A DNA stretch of 64,000 nt, from assembly GCA_964016885.1 (NCBI GenBank), contig OZ024741.1:227664001-227728000 (forward strand). The letters are read 5' to 3'. Shown in pieces: positions 56,187 to 64,000 of this stretch (the stretch's first letter is position 1; each line of letters begins with the position of its first letter). A model generated the notes under the pieces. It was not told the DNA's origin. It saw nothing but the letters and a program-made list of their open reading frames with translations, and did not search any database. Made by a program: the position numbers and the translations under genes. Origin of the DNA: Eledone cirrhosa (lineage: Eukaryota).

Positions 56187-56599
56187 CTCCTTATAATATA
56201 TAACCACCAATTTCTCTCTTTGTCTGTCTGTCTGTCTGTCCGACAGTGGAAACACGTGCGCGCGTGCGAATGTTTTTTGCGCACGCGTAGAGAGAGAGTG
56301 AGAGTGAAAGAAAGAGACAGACTACGAGAGGGGGATAGCGGGAGGAAGAGAGGGAGAGAGAGAGAGTGAATAGACGCTAAAACAGGTGCGCGCGTGCGAA
56401 TTTTTTTTGTGCACGCGTAGATAGAGAGTGAGAGTGAAAGAAAGAGACAGACTACAAGAGGGGATAGTGGGAGGGAGAGAGGAGGGAATTGAGGAGTGCT
56501 ACAGAAACATATATACATACAGAAATATATATACATTTCTGTGTGTGTAATATATATATATACTAGCAGACAACCACCCGGTGGCTGGTTTTCTGCTAG

Positions 56600-56832
56600 T
56601 CTATATATATAAAACTGAGGATGTCTGTCTGTGTGTGTGAGTTTGAATCCCTAAAACTCGAGAAGTACCCAACCGACATTTTTCAAACTTTACATGTGTA
56701 TTACTAACGTTTCAGGGATTGTTATGCACATAATAAAAATTCAACTTTTTGATCCCTTAGGGCCCGCATTAGAAGAAAAACTGCGTTTTTTCAGGTAACA
56801 TGTAACTATGTATTAGTCAGTTTCGTGAGCAA
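56600..56832 (+). mobile_element. Helitron-like element 5' fragment
   Basis: TCTATATATATAAAACTGAGGATGTCTG..., homologous to 24244-24820. Confidence 0.7.
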
Positions 56833-56927
56833 AGAGAATCGATTGACGGTGTTGCAACGATTCACGGTGTTGCTCAATAAAGAATTAATTAAATAATTAT
56901 TAATCAAAGCAATTTATAAAAATGTAA

Positions 56928-57242
<315 letters not shown>

Positions 57243-57666
57243 AATATATATATATATATTAGGTATTAATTTAACAATGAAAATAATTATAAAGTTGAGT
57301 TATTTTACCTATTCATATCATTGTTTTATGATCGTTTCGGAGGGTTGATCATAATAACATATTGTCTGATCTATAGCAGTTATATAACTGCATACTATCA
57401 GACCTCATATATAGGTTCGATCATACCGTCTACTGTATCTAAGGAATTAAATCAGCAGAATATGGAACCTTTCTATGGATTTCACTAGATTACTCGCCAT
57501 CAGATTATAATGAATTCTATCTACGGTACGTACCCTACCACCAAGGGTAGACCACACTGAAAAAAAAATATATATATACATAATGACCTCACTGGTTTAA
57601 AACTGGCAAATATATATATATATACAATATATTAACAAATGGAAACTATATTTATAAAACCATATT

Positions 57667-57732
57667 TATTTCATTATACATATTTCAAGGGCCACCAAGG
57701 CAGATTATAGTGCGCTTTCATCAGATAAAATA
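57667..57732 (-). ncRNA. Type I hammerhead (left arm of IR 57663-57926)
   Basis: Minus: TATTTTAT-CTGATGA-AAGCGCACT...GGTGGCCCTT-GAAA-TATGTA-TA-ATGAAATA. Confidence 0.8.
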
Positions 57733-57857
57733 TAATATAGATTAGTTTTATAAATAAATATTGACCTTCACAGTTGGAGTCTCCCGGGAGACTCCAACCG
57801 TGAAGGTTGCATTTTTCAGGGTAAGTCAATATTTATTTATAAAACTAATCTATATTA

Positions 57858-57923
57858 TATTTTATCTGATGAAAGCGCATTATAATCTGCCTTGGTGGCC
57901 CTTGAAATATGTATAATGAAATA
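57858..57923 (+). ncRNA. Type I hammerhead (right arm of IR 57663-57926)
   Basis: Same motif on +. Confidence 0.8.
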
Positions 57924-58206
57924 AATATATATATATACCTATGCTGGCTCCGTCAACTTATTATTATTATGACCTATTTTTCACTAACTTATTGATTTAG
58001 ATACGTTGGCTGAGAGCTTATGACGAGGGCAGAACTATTTGATTTCTAATCTCCTGCTATCACGTAAATTTACAAATCGATGGCCGGTCGAGGGGACAAC
58101 ATTGTATCAGATTCCACTTGCTAATAACTTTACTGTGTTGGCCGTTACAAGCCGGCACGGCCTGGAATCTAATTCTGTCAATCGATTGGTTATTGATTAG
58201 GCGAAA

Positions 58207-58302
58207 CACGCTGATGAAGCCACATGCACCGATTATGCATTGTTGCATAATATATGCGGACAGAGGGTGCTGCATAAAGTGTGGCAGAAACACGAGTTCG
58301 GG
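58207..58302 (+). ncRNA. Hammerhead with branched helix II
   Basis: CACG-CTGATGA-AGCCACA-[..ATTATGCA TTGT TGCATAAT..]-TGTGGCA-GAAA-CACGAG-TT-CGGG. Confidence 0.6.
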
Positions 58303-58922
58303 AACTACTATAGGTATTGTATTGAAGCGAATAACTATGTGTATACTCTGGGATTGTATTTAACAATACCTATTGAGTACGCTGAGATGCAACCGGTCAT
58401 AGCATTGATACCTATGCTGGGTCCGTCAACTTGTTATTATTATTGTCTCCCAACTAGCAGATCGTATAAGTTGTGAAATAGACTGGTTTACACACGTGGC
58501 TGGTCGCTAACCAGTGCACTACTCTATATCGCTGTGTAATAGCTGTTGGCATTTAATGTCCAGAAAGATTGAAGGCACTACCACTATTAATATCGCGATT
58601 TTCTCGCCATGGGACTTGGAGACTAGAGCCGAATGCTACCATTCTATTATATAGCGATGTGAGACTGCCTTTTCTAATAACCAATTTTTCATTAACTTAT
58701 TGATTTAGACACGTTGCCTGAGAGCTTAAGATGGGAGCAGAACTATTTGATTTCTAATCTCCTGCCATCACGTAAATTTATAAATCGGTAGCCGGTCGGG
58801 GGACAGCATTGTATCAGATACCAGTTGCTAATCACGTTACTGTGTGGGCCGTCACAAGCAGTCATAGACGGCACGGATTGGAGTCGAATTCTGTCGATCG
58901 ATTGGTTATTGATTAGGCGAAA

Positions 58923-59033
58923 CACGCTGATGAAGCCACATGCGCCGATTATGCATTGTTGCATAATATATGCGGACAGAGGGTGCTGTACACTCTGCTG
59001 CTGCATAAAGTGTGGCAGAAACTCGAGTTCGGG
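58923..59033 (+). ncRNA. Hammerhead with branched helix II (second copy)
   Basis: As above, with palindromic helix III CTCGAG and an extra CAGAG..CTCTG hairpin. Confidence 0.65.
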
Positions 59034-59068
59034 ACCTACTATAGGATACCTATGCTGTGTCCATCAAC

Positions 59069-59133
<65 letters not shown>

Positions 59134-59172
59134 AATTACACATTAATCAAAGCTATGTTCAAATCATTTTAT

Positions 59173-59219
59173 TGCTGACAATCGTTCCTTCCAAACTATC
59201 GTTTGGAATCATCGGAGCA
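59173..59219 (-). ncRNA. Hammerhead, GAAA mutated to GGAA
   Basis: Reverse complement of 60280-60326 with one core change. Confidence 0.6.
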
Positions 59220-60279
59220 GTAGCAATATTTTTACATATAATTAACCTCCTATTCAACTGAACAATCATATAGATACATGGATATTAATGTTGTCAACAA
59301 CAGTTTCGTATTTACAGGGTGGAGTGGATGCGACATAGATTACAAAAGAATTGAGCAATAATTAAAATAAAAAATAAAAAATTAAAAATTAAAAACTAAA
59401 AATTAAAAATTAAAATGGTACAAAGTGGAATGCAAGCGACAGAGATTATAGGGAATAGTATAACAATTAAAGAGGCATTAAGGTAGAAAGTTACTCGTAA
59501 AACGAGGACACTAGCAGTACATATGCAAGCGTAAAGAGAGTGCAAATGCATTAGTCATATACAGGAAGGAAACAAGCAATGGTATTTACCATATATATAC
59601 TTCCGGAAATTAAACCGTTAGTAAAATCACTCCACAGCAACTTGAAACCTGATAGCAATATAATAGGACCGGTGTACAATCTTTGGCTGTGACTGATTAA
59701 AAATATTCACTAAAATAAAACATAGCCAATGTAATGGAAAAGATAGCAATAACATTGATACTCTCAGCACATATACATTTGAACATTACAGAAACAATCA
59801 TCACACTACATCCACCATAAACACATAGTTTTAATACAAAAACAGCTTTGCCTGATATGCTTATTTTATGTGATACCTTTGCCTTGCAAAAAATTATATA
59901 TGCCTAATACCATTGCTTGTTTCCTTCCTGTATATGACTAATGCATTTGCACTCTCTTTACGCTTGTACGTGTACTGCTAGTGTCCTCGTTTTACGAGTA
60001 ACTTTCTACCTTAATGCCCCTTTAATTGTTATACTATTCCCCTATAATCTCTGTCGCTTGCATTCCACTCTGTACCTTTTTAATTTTTAATTTTTAATTT
60101 TTAATTTTTAATTTTAAATTTTAAATTTTAAATTTTAATTATTGTACAATTCTCTTGTAATCTATGTCGCATCCACTCCACCCTGTAAATACGAAACTGT
60201 TGTTGAAAACATTAATATCCATGTATCTATATGATTGTTCAGTGAATAGGAGGTTAATTATATGTACAAACATTGCTAC

Positions 60280-60326
60280 TGCTCCGATGATTCCAAACGA
60301 TAGTTTGGAAGAAACGATTGTCAGCA
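60280..60326 (+). ncRNA. Type I hammerhead, CCGAUGA core
   Basis: TGCT-CCGATGA-TTCCAAAC GATA GTTTGGAA-GAAA-CGATTG-TC-AGCA. Confidence 0.8.
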
Positions 60327-60493
60327 ATAAAATGTTTTGAACATAGCTTTGATTATTGTGTAATTTATATTCCGGCTCTGTAAAAGATCTCATGTATTTA
60401 CATTGACCTACTTTTTCTTACTGATAATAAGGTAGTAATAAATTACTGACCTTTCCTGGTTATAGCTGTATATAGTGTACACATACCTATAAG

Positions 60494-60536
<43 letters not shown>

Positions 60537-60540
60537 GAGT

Positions 60541-60770
60541 TTTAAACTAGTAAGACCATTATTCAGCAGAGTGCGCGACACTTGGGAAAGTAGAGTATGA
60601 CTATATTAGTGAGAGGCGATGACCGACCGCTGAGCTCATGCTGTTTCGACAGCATATTGCTCTCGAAACGACAAAAGCTCAGCCGTCGGGCACCGACTTT
60701 CTCTATCCCAGGTATCGAGTACTTTGCTGAAAAATGGTCTTACTAGTTTGAAACTGGTAAAGTCCTGATC
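60541..60770. repeat. Inverted repeat centred on a hammerhead helix II
   Basis: TTTAAACTAGTAAGACCAT... versus ...ATGGTCTTACTAGTTTGAA; centre GTTTCGA..TCGAAAC. Confidence 0.7.
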
Positions 60771-61454
60771 TATATATACATATGCGACCAGTAATTAACT
60801 GTATATTGTACTAGTAACTATTATATCCGAATGTGTGGTCAGTATTTCTGCGTATATTTTACTACTAACTATTATATATAGAAACGTGGTCTATACTTAG
60901 ATATGTTTTGCACTACCAGCTAATATATCTACATATGTGATCTGTATTTGAAAGCATCTTTCTTGCACTATAGCTATTATAACTACTAATATCTGAAAGA
61001 AATTCTATTTTTATCTCCTTGTATCTGTGTGCAAACGTATTTCCATTGAATTTCACTTTTCGTTTAACTGATTTAGTTTTTTTTCTCCATATAACCGATA
61101 TCTCATCTAACCTATGACATGTTGAATAATGATGCGTCGCGGATTTTATATCTAAATAACTTTCTAATAAATCGACTTTTTGAAAACACAAAATAGTATA
61201 TTTACTATTTATATTTCGATCATTAATAATTGATAAAACAGTGCATTGGCAGAATTACCTGAGTGACAGACAAAATAATTTTCGAGGTTTAGTTACGTAC
61301 ATTTATACACTCAGTTAAGATCCTGGTATGGACATGCATTCGGTCTATTTGACCTCGTCGGCATAATACAAACTAATTGAATCCGCGGAGCAGTAAATAG
61401 ATGTGTATACATAGAAAAGGAATTACGTACGCTCAGAGGAAAGTTTCGATAATC

Positions 61455-61676
<222 letters not shown>

Positions 61677-61687
61677 ATATATCTATA

Positions 61688-61838
61688 GTGTTAGAAAGTA
61701 AAGGGACACAAACAAGAGATAGATATTTTCCTTTCATCAGTTGTCTATTACAGGTCACAGATGTTTCAGTGCTCGTAGTAGACAGCTGATGAAGGGAAAA
61801 TCTCCATCTCATTTTTGTGTCCCTTTACTTTTTAACAC
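61688..61838. repeat. Imperfect inverted repeat
   Basis: AAAGTAAAGGGACACAAA...TTCATCAG versus CTGATGAA...TTTGTGTCCCTTTACTTT. Confidence 0.75.
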
Positions 61839-61877
61839 TCATTATCAGCAACCACACAATCTCTTCCTTCAAAATCC

Positions 61878-61908
<31 letters not shown>

Positions 61909-62411
61909 TATGTGTGTGTGTATGTGTTAAATTATTGAAATTTCTATTCGCTAAATACCACCCTCACTAGCATATGATGGATTCTGTGTCTCTGAATCCA
62001 CTCTACTTGAAATACTCACTCTTTACAACTCCCTCCTACTTGCCGCCTTGATTTTTCACGGTGCCCGCTGGTCCTTATCGTAAATTTCTGTTACGATAAA
62101 AACTAATACTCCCCTCACCCACAAGTTAATGTATTTCCTTTCAACGACATCTTCTCCTTTCTGGTCGTCCCGGCTTGATTATTTTCCTTTTCTTTCTCTT
62201 CTTCCCTGTTAATTTCTTTCTGATGAAATGCGATAAGTCTAACGTAATGTAATTGAGCATTGCACTATGCAGTCAGTGAATGTAGATGGTTATGTAATCG
62301 TACAGAAACGTGTTATAGATAATTTCTTCCTGCTTTTCTTGGTACCATACTTATACTTACTTACACACACACACACACACACACACATACACACACACAC
62401 ACACACACACA

Positions 62412-62464
<53 letters not shown>

Positions 62465-62539
62465 ATATATATATAACAAAGGAATTGTGGTAAGGAACCA
62501 GATGGACCATATCGCACCAGACTACTTAATACGTGGGAA

Positions 62540-62655
62540 ATAGGAAAAAGTATGACCCCGACGGCAGAGCTCAAGCCGTTTCGACGTCTATTTCTGGTCC
62601 AGAAATAGCTGTCGAAACGGCTTGAGCTCTGCCGTCGGGGTCATACTTTTTCCTA
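62540..62655. repeat. Near-perfect palindrome of two hammerhead 3' halves
   Basis: Each arm reads GAAA-CGGC TTGAGCTCT GCCG-TC-GGGGTC outward; centre is a helix-II-like hairpin; related half at 6219-6255. Confidence 0.8.
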
Positions 62656-63004
62656 TATATATAGCCGTGTGTGTGTGTGTGAGTATTACAGACTTCTGCA
62701 CAGTTTCAGTGTAACAAATTCCACTCACAGGATATTGCTAAACCGAGCGATTTAGTTGTAGGTATTGAAGCTAACCACGCAGCCATGACTGTGCCTGTTA
62801 TTAGATCAATGAATAATCTTAACAGACAACGAGAAAAAAAATTTTTTCTGGAAAAAACACACTCTTTTTAAACAAACAGCTTGAAAATTTTTCTTTTTTT
62901 AACTCTGAAAAATGCCAGTTTTGTTTGATAAAAACAGTTTTAAAACTGAAGTTCATTTTCTTCAAATGTGTAATTGCTTTTATTTATTATTTTTATTATA
63001 ATCA

Positions 63005-63160
63005 TGGCCCTTTACGTTCTGAGTTCAGCTTTGGTTAGCTTTGCCTTTCATCCTTACGGGGTCGATAAAATCAAGCAGCAATAATGCACTGGGGTCGATT
63101 TAATCGACTTTCCCGCTCCCCAAAATTTGCTGGCCTCGTGCCTAATGTAGAAATCATTAT
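63005..63160 (+). mobile_element. tRNA-derived SINE, 5'-truncated
   Basis: 6008 family core. Confidence 0.8.
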
Positions 63161-63174
63161 AATTACTTTTATGA

Positions 63175-64000
63175 ATTTGATATCTCAATCATGATATTAT
63201 TTAACCGGAAAATTTGCCCTAATGAACATCAAGCTGCTACGTGCCGCCTCAGATATTTATGACGTATCAGCGGGTCCTTGCTGTTCTAAGTAAGCATGCC
63301 TTTTAGGGTGTTCCAAAAAGGAGGCTGAGTTGTTGGTTTTTAAACAGCCTTGGAAACTCTTCGAGAGCGTATCTACCGCTTCTGTGACGTTGAGGACAAC
63401 CTTGATTTCATGACAGTCCCAAATCCTTTTCAGTTCCCAATTTAGATCCTGATGCCAGTTAATTTTCTCCTTCTCCTTTTCTTCCACTCTTGTATCAAAG
63501 GGGTAAACTACATCTATATTCAAACAAAATCCTTTTTCCTTGTCAAAAACCACCAGGTCAGACCTATTGTTTTCTAATTTTTTGTCCGTTTGTATCCCGA
63601 TCGTTTCCAATCACCGACTCTGGCTTATTCTCATACCACCTCTCAGAGTGAGGTAAATTATTCAGTTTGCATAAGTGCCACTGAGTCACCTTTCCTATGA
63701 TATCATTCCTCCATCCTTTATATTGAGTCTGGGCTATGTGTTTATACTCGGATACGTTGTGAGCCACAGCCCCACCTCTCTCTCCACATATCTTACATGG
63801 CGGACTAGCCTTCTCCTTGTCAATATGATGTTTCATCCACTTCATTCTAAGGGCTTGCAGCTCGTAGCACTCCCTCTTTATTTAACCAGTTCTATGTCTG
63901 CTAATCTCTGAATTCTGTTTTCTTCAAAACGATGCTATGAAGAGCTTTTTCATTCAGGTTGTTCCTCTCTTTCCTCTTTGTTGTTACTTCTTTCGTGGAC
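63175..64000 (-). mobile_element. Dong-like (R4 clade) element 3' part, runs off the window
   Basis: CKICGERGGAVAH finger, RND(RHD), NNRSDLVVFDK, IDV RLE motifs; C-terminus homologous to 42478-42597. Confidence 0.85.

Larger units (their letters stand above)
57936..59075 (+). mobile_element. Partial-tandem non-coding element (~716-bp period) with hammerheads
   Basis: 57975-58315 matches 58685-59046; ATACCTATGCTG..TCC.TCAACTT occurs at 57936, 58408 and 59046. Confidence 0.8.
59132..60500. mobile_element. Tail-out inverted PLE pLTR pair
   Basis: 59132-59595 versus 59895-60367; the + arm begins at AAATTAAACCGTTAG (KLNR*); tail to 60500. Confidence 0.9.

Noticed and set aside
61730-61810. CTGATGAAGGG in both IR arms (also isolated cores at 32474 and 62220)
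   Set aside because: The GAAA-NUH half is missing; at most decayed remnants, not counted.

Overview
AT-rich, microsatellite-saturated animal DNA with no recognisable host protein-coding exon, rRNA, true tRNA gene or CRISPR array. It is probably intronic or intergenic DNA of an octopod cephalopod, inferred from the tRNA-derived SINE family and the (TA)n/(CA)n/(GA)n/(TACA)n/(ACT)n load. Almost all ORF-track entries are translations of microsatellites. The real coding remnants are all retrotransposons: R4/Dong-clade RT-RLE elements, CRE-like RLE fragments, an RTE-clade APE-RT element with a twin-priming-type 5' inversion, and a decayed Neptune-type Penelope-like element (PLE; RT + GIY-YIG). There are also many SINEs, a hAT MITE and a Helitron-like element. 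The dominant hidden signal is non-coding: about 30 type I hammerhead ribozyme motifs, read by hand on both strands (helix I - CUGANGA - helix II - GAAA - short, usually palindromic helix III - NUH - helix I). They belong to many sequence-unrelated, non-coding families inserted into (TA)n tracts, as tandem monomers (e.g. a 466-bp retrozyme-like array) or as tail-out inverted repeats with stereotyped ends. Several have an unusually long, branched helix II. This looks like a PLE-mobilised, microsatellite-targeted ribozyme/retrozyme system. All structures are manual predictions; none were computed or tested.
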